This document shows positions 33,793 through 50,370 of a stretch of DNA of 64,000 nucleotides, one piece after another. The DNA is from Plasmodiophora brassicae (taxonomy: Eukaryota). The notes beneath the pieces were generated by a model. The model had not been told where the DNA came from and ran no database searches. It saw only the letters and a program-made list of their open reading frames with translations. Each line of letters starts with the position of its first letter. The first letter of the stretch is position 1. The stretch covers positions 124,001-188,000 of the forward strand of contig CP145420.1 of assembly GCA_036867785.1 (NCBI GenBank), given 5' to 3'. A program made the translations under genes and the position numbers.

Positions 33793-36072
33793 CTACAGCT
33801 TCTCCTCGAGTGCTTTGGCAGCCAGCTCAGCGCGATGGTCGGCGTTGGCCAGGGCGACCAGTGCTATGTTGACCTCGGCGGCTGCATTGGAGGCGGCGTC
33901 GGTTTCCTGCGTGAACCTGTCTCGTGCCTGCAGCAGATCATGGAGGCGCTTGCTGTGCTCGGCGATGCTTCGCGCTATATTCTGCCGGATCTGGCTCTCG
34001 TCGAGCTCTTTCCGCGCAATCTGTTCGTCAGTGCTGCCCAGGTCTTCCTCCAAACGTTTCCTCCGCAGTAGCGCTTCCGAATGATCATGTTCAATCGCAT
34101 CCAGCGCCTGCTGCTCCTTCGCCAGCAGCTTGGTCTCCTCATCCTTCTTCGATTCCTCGTCGCGCAATTCTTCCTCGACCTGCTTCAGCGCCCTGACGTC
34201 CTCCTGATGATGCGGCTCTGCATTAGCCTGCTCAGCCTGCAGTCTGTTATCGACAGGCTGTTAGAAACGACGCAGAACACCGATTGTAGATTTGACACCC
34301 TACCTGGCCTGGTCATCTTCAACAACGCGAAGGCGCAACTTCAGCTTGTCCAGATGGTCGGCTTCGGCCTGCCGTTGGCGTTCGGCTTCTTTCGTGCGGG
34401 ACTCGTGCTGTGACAGGTGGGCGTCGACGCGCGACAGAACCGAGGGCGCATCGTCCTTGCCGACGACGCGAACGTTAAGCGAGTCGCCTAGGAACCTGGG
34501 TGCGCAGAAGGTTAGTGTCCATCGGTTGCCGAACTGTGTCCGTCAACAGGACCTCAGCGTCGCCTGTGTCATTTCGTGGTCGATCTTTCGCCTCGAAAGA
34601 ACGTGTCGCTGCAGTCCGGGTTCTTCGTCGGGGCCATCCTCAGCATCAGCCTCCGTACGCTCGTCCAGGGAACGAATCTCGGCTTCTAGGCGTTCAATTG
34701 CCTGTTCTTCGGCGACGATTGCACTAGAAACGGACCCGATCGGGAGCTGCACGACATGGTAAGCATCAGGTAAACTCGAGACGCAAGGTTGCCTTACGTC
34801 TCGCGACAGCATGTCCCGGATTCTGTCCTGGTACCCTGCAATGGCATCTCGGTACTCGTGCATGCGGACAACGTTCTCGGTCTGGGCCGTTATCGTCTGT
34901 TGCGACTTGGCAATTGAGGCCCTCAGTTGCGCGATCTCCTTGTGCGTTGCAGCCAGCTGAGTTTCAATGTCCCGTACTTTGGCACCGAAATCCGCAATCT
35001 GTTGCCGATACTCATTATCAACCACGACCATACCGATACGTCGATGGCTCATACGGATCGTTTTAAGGTGTCCAGCCGAGCGCGCCGCTCTGAAATTCCC
35101 TGTTCGATGTCGTCGACGGTCGCCTTGAGCGTGGACACTACCTCCTTGTGCTCACGCTTCCGTTTGGATGTCAGCGCAACGTCTGCATCAGCTGCTTTCT
35201 TGGCTTCCAGAAGCGATACTGCCTGAGGAAACCCTATCGTGAATCGATCGCGGGCATTGGCACAATATGATGCATAGAACCTTTGCCTGGAGCTTGGAGC
35301 ATTCGTCTTTGAGGTTGCGTTCCGATTCGCGCAGCGACCTCAGTGCAGTAATAACGGTGGCAGCATCTGCCCGAGCGCGGTCGAGCTGGTCCCGTGCCAC
35401 TGACTGGCTACGAATGCGCATGTCGAGAACCGCATGAAGACTGTCCACCTAACGGAATGTTAGCATTCAGGGTGGACCTCTGTGATCCCGGAACCTAACC
35501 TTGTCGCGCTGAGCCTCGGCTGCGCGCACCGCTTCGTGTGCCTTATTGGCTAAAAGGTTTATCTCTTGCCACCTGTCCAACACGGCCTTCGCGTGCTCAT
35601 AGCCCTGCGTGTGACGTTCCTCAAATGACGGCTCCTCGGCTTCAATCGGCGCAGACAACGCTGATTCCAGGCGAGACACAAATTCGTCAGGATCCGCCTT
35701 TGGACACTGTACTGTCAGACAGGAATCAAACGAACTCGCTGACCAATACCGTGTCAAACGACGATGCGGGCTGTTGCCGAAGGACCCCTGCGGGAAACCT
35801 GTCCCCTAGGAACTGAAAAGAGACAACAGCCAGGACGGCGATTATGACGGTGAACGCGACCGACGGCGTCCACGCGTCGATGATCGGCTTCCATGGCGAC
35901 ACCGGCACACGCTTCTCCGCCTTAACCGCATCCACGTTCTGCAAGTAGTAACTCTACGCGTGTGACATGTCATTGCCCCTGTTCACGAACGACCATAAAC
36001 GTTCTCCACCTCCGGGTCCTGGAACCCAGCGACACCGGCGCCTTCGGGGCCGGCCTCGCTGACAACGGCCAT
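33793..36072 (-). CDS. Membrane-anchored long coiled-coil protein, multi-exon, unknown function
   Basis: A chain of minus-strand ORFs linked by short GT-AG introns; N-terminal TM VAFTVIIAVLAVVSF followed by heptad-rich E/A/L/R sequence. Confidence 0.6.
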
Positions 36073-36231
36073 GACGACCACGGCCGGATGTGAACGGCGC
36101 ACGAATCCTGTTGCGCGCGCGCGCAGATGAAAACGGCGGCAGCAGCAGGCGCCGCCAGGTCATCCGACGCCGCTCCGTGGCGCAGTCCGTGGCCGACCGA
36201 GGTCCGCGCCGCCAGGGGTCCGCCATCCATC

Positions 36232-37245
36232 ATGGACAGCAACAACACTGCTGCTGCTGATGATGACGGTGAGGCGGGTAGCACGACGCCGTACCGGTGC
36301 CGGTATCCGAACTGTGGCATGGCGTTCAGGAATGCGTCGAAATGTGCACGGCATTTTCGGACGCATGATGGCGAGAGACCGTAAGGACCGCGCGCTCGCG
36401 GCTGATTGCTTCTGCGACGTCTGACACGCGCATCGCTTGCCAGGTTCATCTGCCAGGTTGCCGGATGTGGGAAGTCGTATATGAGACCGGAGCATTTACG
36501 GCGGCACATGATGGCGCACACGGGCGAACGTCCGTTCCGGTGCGACCAGTGCCAGGCGACGTTCATGGCATCGCACCATTTGAAACGGCATGTGCAAACG
36601 CATGAGACGGCAACGCCGTTCCAGTGCGCTTCCTGTGGCGCGTCGTTCGAGAAGGCGTATCAGTTGCGTGAGCACTCGTATCGGCATACGAACGTGAAAG
36701 CGTTCGCGTGCGAGCACGACGGGTGTGACGAGGCATTTGTCCTGAAGGCGGAACTGGCGCGACATGCCAAGTCTCACCTGCCGTCAAGGACGCACCCCTG
36801 CGACATTTGTGACGGCGACGTCGTGTTCGACAAGTTCAGCGACAAGGTCGCCCACGTTAAAGAGTGCCACGGCGACCGTTTCGTGTGCCCCGTGTGCGGG
36901 CGGCCGTTCCAGACGCAATCAAAGCTGAACTGGCACACGAAATCGCACGACCCGTCGTCGAGGGTCCAGTGCCATGTCTGCCTGAAAACCTACAGCAACG
37001 AGGCGAACCTGGCCGTCCACACGCGGTCCGTCCACGACAAGATCCGCCCGTTCGTCTGCCCGTACGCCACCTGCAACGGGCGCGCCTTCGCCCTGAAGGG
37101 CACATTGCAGCGCCACGTCCAGAAATGCCACGAGCACGTCCAACCGCGGCGGAGACGCTCCGCGCTGCCCTTCAAGAATGTCTTCTGCGGGCGACGGGAT
37201 CGTCCGTCCGCTCTCGACGACCGTGACGACGCCATGCCGATCTAG
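36232..37245 (+). CDS. GTF3A: Nine-C2H2 zinc-finger protein, transcription factor IIIA-like, 2 exons
   Basis: Nine consecutive C2H2 fingers with a TGERPF linker; intron at about 36381-36442. Finger number and spacing fit TFIIIA. Confidence 0.75.
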
Positions 37246-37396
37246 CTCTACTGTATCGGGAATAATAATATGGTTCTGTGCACTCTGGTGAATGTCGAAC
37301 GGCGCCGCAGAGCCACGGCCGGCGACCAACGACTGCCACCGCCCGCACAGTCGGACGAGCGCGGCGTGTGTGCGACCGCGACGCGGCACCGGTCCG

Positions 37397-38670
37397 ATGC
37401 AGCCGCGGAGCGACACGTGCAGGGCGGGTGGATCGCAGGCGCGCCTGACGTGGCCGCCGGGCCGGCCCAGGGCTGTGTTCCTGGTCAGGAAGCGCGATGA
37501 CGATCGCGCGTGCCGGGCCCTCGTCGAGATCGGCACCTGGCTGCAGGTGAGGGCGAACTGGTTCGCGCACGGCTAACCGCTTACGTCGGGTGGCGTGCGC
37601 GCGCTAGGATGACCGCAAGCTGCTCGTCGTTGTCGAAGAGGCCGATGTGCACCGGGACGACAAGTTTGTCGGCGCAGCCGACCGGCTTGCCGACGTGGAC
37701 CGTAGGCTGGGAATGAACGCTTGGCCTTGGTTCGCTGTCGTGAAATAGCGCCCCAACAGTTGTCGTTTGCCTTGGCGGCGATGGGACCCTGCTACACGTT
37801 TCGTCCTTGTTTCAGGGACAGTGCTGTCCGCCGGTCGTCGCCTTCGCGATGGGCACGTTAGGTACGGTGGCGCCAGAAACGGCATCCCACGGTAGGACAC
37901 TGACCGCCGTCGTCAGGGTTCCTGACGCCGATGAACATTGCGGACGCGCGATGCCAGCTGACGCGCGTTCTGGGCGCCAACGCAGCAGAGGTCTTTACGA
38001 CTCTGCGTATGAGGTCGGGCGTTGCATCTGCACCCTCTGACCATTACCTGACGACGAGTCGTAGGCTCTGGTGTGACGTTTATCGCAAGGGTTCGTCAGA
38101 GCCGGAGTTGCGGTACCAGGTCCTCAACGAGTGCCTGATCGATCGCGGTGGCAACGCCGTCCTCACCTGTCTCGACCTGTTTGTTGATGGTGAACTCGTC
38201 ACCGTTGTTCAAGCCGACGGCATCATCGTGTATGGGAGCGCTCACGTTTAGTAGTCGTCGCCTGGCTCACGAACCACGCCGCGATGCGGTTTAGGTCGAC
38301 CCCAACAGGAAGCACAGCGTATTCCATGAGCGCAGGCGGGAGCATCGTCGCGCCGACCGTTCATGGCATTTTGATCACGCCCGTCTGCCCACATACGTTG
38401 TCGTTCCGCCCGGCCGTCATCCCCGACTCCAGCGTCGTGCGGATCCGCGTCTCCGACCACACTCGGGCACGCACCGCCTGCGCGTCCTTCGACGGCACAC
38501 ACCGAACGCCTCTGAACCCCGGCGACGAAATCTGCCTGTCCATGAGCGCCATGCCCATCCCCACCGTCAACGACAGGCAATTCAACACCGACTGGTTCGC
38601 CAGCATCGTCGAGAAACTCCACTGGAACGTCCGGGTCCCATGCGCGGGCGGCCCTTCCGCTGCGTTATAA
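37397..38670 (+). CDS. NADK: NAD kinase, multi-exon
   Basis: CLGGDGTLL, MGTL|GFL, VLNE, QADGIIV|STPTGSTAYSMSAGG, TPVCPHTLSFRP. Confidence 0.93.
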
Positions 38671-39029
38671 AGCGACGGGGCGTGCCCTGTGTGGTGTACC
38701 TACCGGACGTGAACATCAGGTCAGCGGGGACGCGCGTTGGGGATCGCCATGGTCGTCGTAGTGGTACGCCAATCCTGGTGCATGCTGGCTTGCCCGACAG
38801 TCTGGCCCGCCAACGACGGCAATTGACGATGGCCCGCTTGCCAGGCCCGGCGCTGGTAGCCACAGGGCGCGTGACAGTGGGGGCGCTATCAATAGACCGG
38901 TGCTGCACGATCGGGGTCCCCGTTGTCGACTGGCGGTTGCAGCCCTGCCTCTTTGGCTTCGTGTGCGGCGGGCGGGTACCGCATTTGGACCATCAGTTGG
39001 GAACCTTCCCGCGCGGACGGCCTCGGCGG

Positions 39030-40421
39030 ATGCTCTTGCTGGAGACGGTCGACGCGCTGGCCCCGTACACATGGCTGCTGGTGTTCGCCGGCGTGATCGC
39101 GTTCGCGCTGGCGATCGGCATCGGCGCGAACGACGTGTCGAACACGTTCGGCAGTGCCGTTGGCGCCGGCACGCTGTCGTTGCGCCAGGCGGTCGTCATC
39201 GCCTGCGTGTTCGAGCTGCTCGGGTCGGTCCTGCTCGGCGGCAAGGTGTCCGCCCTGATCAAGGAGAAGCTGATCGACCATGACGCGTTCAAAGACAGGC
39301 CCGATGTGCTTCTCCTCGTCCTGGTCGCTGCCCTGATCAGCTCGGCCGCCTGGCTGCTGCTCGCCACCTTCCTGCGCCTGCCAGTCTCCACAACGCACAC
39401 CGTCGTCGGGAGCGTCCTGGGGGCCGGCGTCGTCGCCCATGGCCTCAGCGCCATTCGCTGGACGGCCATCGGATGGATCGTCGCCGCCTGGTTCCTATCG
39501 CCCGTGCTGACCTGCCTGCTCGCCACCGTCGCCTTCCGCATCCTTCGCCAGGCCGTTCTCCGCCAGGACCCACGCCTGTCCCTGCAGCGCGCCAATCGGT
39601 TCATTCCCGCGCTCGCCTTCGTCATCGCGATCGCCAACGTCGCCTGCATCTCGGTCAACGCCGCCGTGCGCCCCGCCGTCGCCGTCCCAGTCGCCCTTGT
39701 CGTCGGCGTGGCCGCCGCCTGCACGCCATCGTTGTTCACGCGCGTCATCAGGGTTCTTTCGAGGCCGACCCCGGCCAAGCTGGACATCGAGCTCGAGCAG
39801 CAGACGGCGGCGCCCGGTCGCCTGGTCCGATCGGTGTCGTTCTACGAGCACGTCGCGGCTCTGCATGAACGTGCAGAGCACTTCCCGGCCGGCACCGAGC
39901 GCGCCCTGTCGACGGTCCAGTGCCTGACGGCCATGTTCAACGCGTTCACGCACGGGTCGAACGATGTGTCGAACAGTGTCGGCCTGTTCAGCGCCGTGGT
40001 CACCCTGTTCCAGAAGGGGACGACGCGCGATCACGGCGGCATCCCACCCTGGATCCTGTCGGTCGGCGGCGTCGGCATCTCCCTGGGCCTCGTCCTGTTC
40101 GGCCATCGCCTCATGTCGACCATGGGCAAGAGGTTATCCAAGATTACGCCGTCCCGTGGCATCGTCATCGATGTCACGTCCGCGTTCATCGTCATGCTGG
40201 CGTCCCAGTTCGGCATAACGGTGTCGTCGACCCAGTGCGTTGTCGGGTCGACGATCGGCGTCGGCGCCGCCGAAGGCGTCAGGCAGGGCGTCAACTGGCG
40301 CCTTGTCCTGCGGACAGTCTTTGGCTGGATCGGAACACTCGTCGTCTCATCGCTGACGTCCGCAGCCATCTTCTCGTTCGCAGCCTTCACGCCAAGCGCT
40401 GTTTCGCCAACGCATGGTTAA
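39030..40421 (+). CDS. Inorganic phosphate transporter, PiT/SLC20 (PHO4) family
   Basis: GIGANDVSN, LPVSTTH, HGSNDVSN, VSSTQC signature motifs; multiple TM segments. Confidence 0.93.
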   Translation: MLLLETVDALAPYTWLLVFAGVIAFALAIGIGANDVSNTFGSAVGAGTLSLRQAVVIACVFELLGSVLLGGKVSALIKEKLIDHDAFKDRPDVLLLVLVAALISSAAWLLLATFLRLPVSTTHTVVGSVLGAGVVAHGLSAIRWTAIGWIVAAWFLSPVLTCLLATVAFRILRQAVLRQDPRLSLQRANRFIPALAFVIAIANVACISVNAAVRPAVAVPVALVVGVAAACTPSLFTRVIRVLSRPTPAKLDIELEQQTAAPGRLVRSVSFYEHVAALHERAEHFPAGTERALSTVQCLTAMFNAFTHGSNDVSNSVGLFSAVVTLFQKGTTRDHGGIPPWILSVGGVGISLGLVLFGHRLMSTMGKRLSKITPSRGIVIDVTSAFIVMLASQFGITVSSTQCVVGSTIGVGAAEGVRQGVNWRLVLRTVFGWIGTLVVSSLTSAAIFSFAAFTPSAVSPTHG

Positions 40422-40479
40422 ACTTCCCATCGATGGTGCCTCTGTCGTCCTGCTCCCTGTAGGTAGGCATGGGAGGCGA

Positions 40480-41000
40480 GCGCTTCCTCGAACGTTCCAG
40501 ATGATGGTCCGGGGCGTGTCTTACCCGTGCCGGCGGTACTCGTCGCGTATCGCGTCGAAATTCGTTGACGACCGGTGCTTACCGGTCGCCTGATCGAACC
40601 TGATTGACGAACAGCATGCAGGGCATGTCCTGCCGGGGCGACCTGGTGCTTGACGGCCTAGTCCGGCCGGGATCAGCAGGATCGCCCTGTTTCGGAAACG
40701 TTCAATGGGAATGCTGAAGAGGCTTGCCTCGGGTTTCCTCCAGGTCTTGGGCAAGTAGATTCCGCGCCCTTCAACGACGTCATCCACGTGGGCCACCTGG
40801 TACCCGAAGTACGTCGCGACAAGCCCGTGGGGGAATAACTGCTTGCCCTGGACTGTATCGTTGCCTTTGCCGACGTCGCCGAAGAATTAGGCGAGTCGTT
40901 CCTGGTCGTGACGAGATCGCCTTGCGACGCCACTTTATTTGTCCCGAAGAGACATGTCCCGTGTCGGATCTGTACTTGTCCCACTCCTTGGCGCACGCGG
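40480..41000 (-). pseudogene. Decayed fragments of a DUF2828/vWA-like gene
   Basis: Minus strand gives CAKEWDK..GHVSS...KA..RHDQERLA*FFGDVGKG...GKQLFPHGLV...DDVVE, then FDQA...TNFDAIRDEYRRHG*DTPRTIIWNV, with stops and frameshifts. Family recognised from remembered motifs. Confidence 0.55.
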
Positions 41001-41061
41001 GCGTCGCAGCTCGCCGCCGGTCGTCTTGCGAACGCCTGTCTAGCGTCGACGACCCGGCCGC

Positions 41062-41264
41062 CGTCAGCCCTGCCGGGCATACCGCCACAACCAGACGAGT
41101 TCAACCCAAGCCGGTGATGTCGTCACGCGCGTACAACGACACTGCAGATGGTCCTGCCGTCAGGCGACACGACCGATCGATCGATCGTCAGCCCTGCCGG
41201 ACATACCACCACAACCAGATCTGTTCAATACAAACAGACCATGTCATCACGCGCGTACGACGTC
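41062..41264. repeat. Diverged direct repeat, about 79 bp, period 124 bp
   Basis: CGTCAGCCCTGCCGG.CATACC.CCACAACCAGA...TCACGCGCGTAC at 41062 and 41186. Confidence 0.8.
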
Positions 41265-43343
41265 ATTGGAGATCGGCTTGATGTCAGGCGGCACAGAATT
41301 GGTGACGTGGGGGCGCCGGTCGACGATCGAGAGCAACGACGTCGTCGCCCTGACCGCCCGCCGATCGCTGCAATATCTGTCACGTGCGCCCCTACCCTGG
41401 ACAGTTCTGTATCGGGTGTTTCGCAGCCGTACTCTTATCCTGTCTGCAATGTGCTCGGTTGCGTGCCTGCCGTTGCTGTGACAACGACACGCTCGTCGGT
41501 GTCCGGAAATGAAGGGCGATATGGTGCCAGTCAGGTACCAAGTCTGTACACAGCCATCGAATGAAGGTGGACGCCGGTCAACGTGAAGCACGCGCTATCT
41601 CCGTGGTAGGTGTCATCGGCGCGACCGACGACCCGACGACGCTGCCGGTCGCCAATGCCGCCCAATGCAACGTTGTACGCGGCCGCCCGATATGTCCTTT
41701 GTTCTGCATCGCAGGTCTTCGGCGCGCGCCCTGACGAGCCTGCATACCCTGCATGGGTCCCTACCGACCTCCTCGCCGCCCAACTGCACGGGGCAATACG
41801 TCCACTACGACCACAACACGTCCTGCAGGACGCCTGCTGACGCGCCAGATACGTCTGGTCGGACGCCCTGCACCTGCAGGACAGGTGCGAGTCGACGCCT
41901 GATGCACATGCTCCCAGGACGTCTGACATTCTGGACAGGACTCGCGTGCCGTCTCCAGCCCAGCACGAGCACCTGCGGCGCTGCAGTCGTCATGCCGATA
42001 ACTCTCCACTTCTACGAAGAATTTGCCCATTAACCTGTTGCCTTTCGAACCGGCTGACATTCATGTCGTTCCTGGCAGGAGCCAGCACTGCTGCTCAAAA
42101 CCCTGGCGAGTTCGGTATCATCGTGTTGCCGCGTACGTCCTTCCTGCTACTGTTCGACATCCGTCGAGTCCCCTCGCGCGCCTGGTTCATTCATACCTCC
42201 ATCGAGTTGTTGCGCATTAGCATGCTGGTCTACGATCCGGCCGGCTGACATCCCGGCAATGTGGCAGACACTGGCGATGCTGCTAAGAATCCTGATGACT
42301 CTGATGCTGGTCCACAGTCGTCAGGTAATCGAGTTCCTGTTCTGGTCGACCTCCAGGCGATTGTAAGATGCTTGAACCACCCCATTCTGGTACGCCGCCC
42401 GTCGTTTGCCCTTGGCATCGCGCGTGAAAGATTCTGCTTCTATTGCAGCCACCGCCCTGGACGGGCTCAACGACATACGGCGTTGTGTCCCTCCACATAT
42501 ATTACACGCCCATCCCATTCGGTGCCGGAATCTGTTCCCGACTACTAAAGAACTGTCGCCCGGTCATGTTGTCATCGCGCGTCCAGCTGCGCCACGTCTC
42601 CCTGTATGGCCTGGCTGACCCACGGCACCATGCCGTCAGTTCCATGGCACGTACAGTGACAACCCGGCCAGACACTCTAGGTAACCGCCGTCGTAAACGT
42701 CTGCCCTAACACGCCTGCCTGCCCTGCCCGAGCCCGCGCTGACGTCGCCGCCGACCAGCAGCATTGACGGCCGGATTCACTTCGAAACCACGTCCTGATG
42801 GACGCCTGCCAGCGAGCCCGATACGTCTGGGCGAACGCGCTGCACCTCCTGGACAGGTACGTCGCCTAACGCACAGAGCTAGGTCCTCTAATACGTGCTG
42901 GGAGGGCCACGCCTGCCGTCGCCGGCCGTCTCCCGTCCAGCATGAGCACATGCAAGACAGCAGTCGTCCTGCGTACGTAGACGAGGCGGGGACAACGTCG
43001 TGCGCCCGACGATCGTTGCAACCCTGCACTGTTTGTCGATGGCGGAGCGACAAAGCAAGGGCGTCGCCGATGACCCCGCCCGAATGGCAATCGGCGCCTG
43101 CCTGCCCCCCGGTCGTCAACAGATTGTCGGGGCCTGATCTTGTGGGCCTGGGCCCTGATGTAACGTCGTGTGTATCCGCGAGGTTGCCGGCACGTCTGTA
43201 CTGGACTGTACGACTCCATTCCTGTCCGGGTGGTGCCGTCACAGCGTGATTCCCGCACTGCAACGACGAGAGCACCCGATCTCTTGCCGGCGCGTCGCCA
43301 CGACTCGATTTCCGCTCTGCCCTGCATCAGACGCCGTCGCTCT

Positions 43344-44566
43344 ATGGGTGCGGTAAGCGCACCGGGCCTGTGTGTTCTTCATGTCGGACGGGTTCTGACG
43401 CGCGTCGTCCGCCAGGCGAACTGTACGGACAGGGCGGGAGAGCGTCGGCGCCTCGGCCTCGTCGACATCGAATGGACGCCGAATGCTTACTGCAAGAACT
43501 GTGAACTCTGTGGCCTGAGGCTACGACGTGGGCGACGACACCATTGCCGTAGCTGTGGGCGTCTGACCTGTCCGAGCTGTTCGCCGCGACGGCGGCCACT
43601 GCCTCAGTTGGGCCTGGGAAGCCACGCTGCCCATCGGGTATGCTTCAGATGCGATACAAAGGCGGTGGGAGCGGTATGCGCCGAGCCATGCGCGTTCGCT
43701 GAATGATCTGTAGGTGAACCTGGTGGATCTGGAGACGAGGCTCCACAGCGAATGCGTTTCCCTGTCCCGACATACGTCGCTGGATGCTGCCGTTGGCATC
43801 TGCCGGACGTTACAGCAGGCCAGCCTGCATGTGAAGTTCAACGAGCGCCTCAGGGACTGGGTCGCGACAAGGGTATCCACTATCGTCGTTCGCGACCTGG
43901 TACCAGTCCAACACGCCCTGCTCGTCCGCCATGGTTCGTACTCGAAACGCGTTCACCGAGGCGGCTCACTGACGGCCGGTCAGCCTCGGGCAGACGAGTC
44001 GGGTCTATCGTCCTGGACACCATGGCATTACTAGCCGCTTGCTCCATCCTCCAAATCGATCAGGAACCGTCAGTAGCGGCGCTCGAGGTGGGGATTCGGT
44101 CGACCTTAGGGCAGCGTGACCGTTGGATCCTCAATTTGTGGCATAGGTCCAATGCCAGAACGCTCAGAGCTTAGCGATCGTGCAGGCAGGCGGGTTACGC
44201 GCGGCACTGCATGGCGATTCCCGGTGCCTGTCGTCGTTCATGGCCAAGCGAGGAATTCGGGCGCAATGCAGGACGTCGCGTGCGACGACCACGCGGCCGG
44301 CTGGCGTCGATTAGCATTCACGTAAAGCACGCTTGAATCCATGCGCACACGGCGCCAGAACGCTTCTCTATGTGCATGCGCTGGCTATGACTGGACGGCA
44401 CTGTCACGTTGGAGATGCTTTGGTCCCGTTGACCGCCGAGATCCACTACGTTCTAGGCGCGGATGGTCTGGGGAGTTTGTCTTCCAGAAGAGCAACCGGA
44501 TTCGTTAGGGGGGCGACGGTTCGGTACGCGGTGGCACCCACCGCCAGGCAGAGCAACTCCAGCTAA
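43344..44566 (+). CDS. FYVE zinc-finger protein, multi-exon, possible N-myristoylation
   Basis: MGA|ANC start across an intron; W...C..C...RRHHCRSCG..TC..CS...RVCFRC FYVE motif. 3' exon structure uncertain. Confidence 0.7.
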
Positions 44567-44648
44567 AATAGGGGCATCATCATCACGGGTTTGTGCCGGG
44601 CCCGCCTGAGCGTTGCGATCCCACGTCGCAGGCGGCGGCGTGTTGCTG

Positions 44649-48193
<3,545 letters not shown>

Positions 48194-48413
48194 GTGCTCG
48201 CGTGCTGTCCCTTGGGTTTCCAACGCCCAGCGACATTGCTCGTCTTTCGCTCACGGTGTGCCAAGGAATTCAACAGGGCGACGCTTTTCAGGGACTCGAA
48301 GGGCGTGCAACCTGTCGTGGGAGACGTCGTTCGTGCCGTTGCCAGTAGTGGCCATGCTACATAGTTCGGGCCTCGGGCATCGTGTGTAGCTCTTTAGTCC
48401 GCGGCGACGATCG

Positions 48414-50262
48414 ATGACATCCGTCACGTTCTTTGTCGACGGCCTCGACGCGTCGCCGGCGCACTGCACGTCGCCCATCGACCTGAAGCGATTCCCGGAC
48501 TATGACGGCAAGTACACGCGGACGCTGCTGTCGTTCTGCGTTGAAGGCATCGACGAGTACAGGAGGATCGTCTGCGATCTCGTCGGGTGCGAACGGCCGT
48601 CGTTCAACGCGGTCTGCACCGGCCCGACCTTGCATGTTGATCGCGAATGCCAATTCGAGGACTACGTAGCGCCGCTGTCCGACCCTCTTGATGGCCAGCG
48701 TTGGGCGGATGCCCTGCGCCTGACAGCAGAGACGGCAGGGCACGACCCGTGCCGACCTCGTATCATCATGATCATCCGATACCAGGATGGCGTTGCACCC
48801 GACTGTCTTCGGCTCGACGATGGCGCTGTCGTGAACGTTGCCGATGATCTGAGGTCCGCTCTGGCAACAAGTACGCCCATTGATCAGTGCGATGTGACGA
48901 TCATTCGCGTCATGCTGGACCTGCCCGAGACGTACCGGCACCCGCTCCCGCCGTCCAGCATGAGCTCGACAGTTGCCGTCCCCGACCAGCTCGGCGACAT
49001 CCAGTTCATGTTTACGTGTTCGCTCTTCCTCGTTGGCGTCGCCCAGGTGGGGACGATGTTGATCCTTGTGCAAGCGAAGTCCTTATATATCGATACCTAG
49101 GTCCCATCAGCGTGCTGGGAACTGGCGCAGCGTCACCTGGACCTGCGGTCCGTTAACGTCAGCGGGATCCCGATGAAGAAATCGAGGAAAGCATCGAACC
49201 TGGGCCACCACTTCTCGGTGGCGTTCCTGTACCCCAACGACGTCGTCAGTGAATACGCGCGCGTTCACGACCGCAACGAGGTCCTATCAGGCGCAGTGCA
49301 GTTGGGCCAATCGCAATGGTCGGTACAGGGGCGCTGCCGATTGCAGGCGATGCACTGAGCGGGTTTCCAGGATTCAGCGACGCCAGCGCGACGTCATCTG
49401 GTCGCATGCCCCTGCTCAGTTCAGCATCGACGACATCGTCTGCGTCTCGGTGCAGATGGTGACCCCTTCGGACCTGTCGTCTCCGTTGACGCTGCCGCTG
49501 ATGAAGTGCGTCCTGTCGCCTGGCAACTATCTGTTCTTCTCCGATTCCGAGACCGACCCGTACCCGTCGATGGTGGTGGCCCTGCGCGCGTCCCGTCTCT
49601 ACATTCACTTCCTGGCGGCCAATTCGGCATCGCTGGGCCTGACAGTGCCGCCCATTCCCGACCCCATCCGCCCCCTCGTCGACCAACTATCGGATGTCGT
49701 CTCCGTTCTCACCGTCCGGTCGATGTCAAAGGGGCCGTACGAATCCCCAGCCATTGCATCAGCGCTGATGTCGATCGTCGAAGGGCGCGAATCGTGGAGC
49801 CGGACGCGCCTCTACACGATCATGCGATCGTGCTGTCAGGCCGTCCTGGGTGATGCCAGTGAACTCAGCCCCGACCGCCTGAACGACCTTCGCGTCACGC
49901 TGGACGCCCTGCGACAGTCGACAATCGCGTTTGACGCGTCCCTGTTTGCCCAATCGTCCGTCACGACGCCTGACGATGCCAAACCGATCTGGCAGTCCTT
50001 CTGGCAGAACCTGTACCTCGTCGCAGAGACGGTTCGGCGCTGGTCGCCTGCACATGCGTCCGCGGCCGACCTGATCACAGCGGCCCTCCCGCACGATCAT
50101 TTAACGTCTGGCATTCGGACGCCTGGCATCGGCTACAGCAGATCAGGGGAACCGACATCCCTGGCCGCGTCGTTCTGGGCCAACGAGGAGATGCGGCTGG
50201 ATGCATGTCGAACGTCCAAGACGCTGGACGGTTTCGGCCCATCATTCAGGCCCGCTTGGTAA
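48414..50262 (+). CDS. INTS13: Integrator subunit 13 (Asunder)-like protein, multi-exon
   Basis: RTLLSFCVEGIDEYRRIVCDL, RPRII, IDQCDVTII, VSGIPMK and VTPSDLSSPLT follow the order of INTS13 motifs as I recall them (KSLWTCSVESSMEYCRIMYDI, GRII, IPMKEE, ISPVDVNSRPS). Confidence 0.65.
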
Positions 50263-50370
50263 TGGCGACCCGGTTGCTTCCGGCCGGCCGGTCCCCGCTG
50301 GAGAATCTGCATGGAATATCTGATAAAATCTCGGCTGCCGCCTATTGCCAGCCGCGCGAGGCAACAAACC

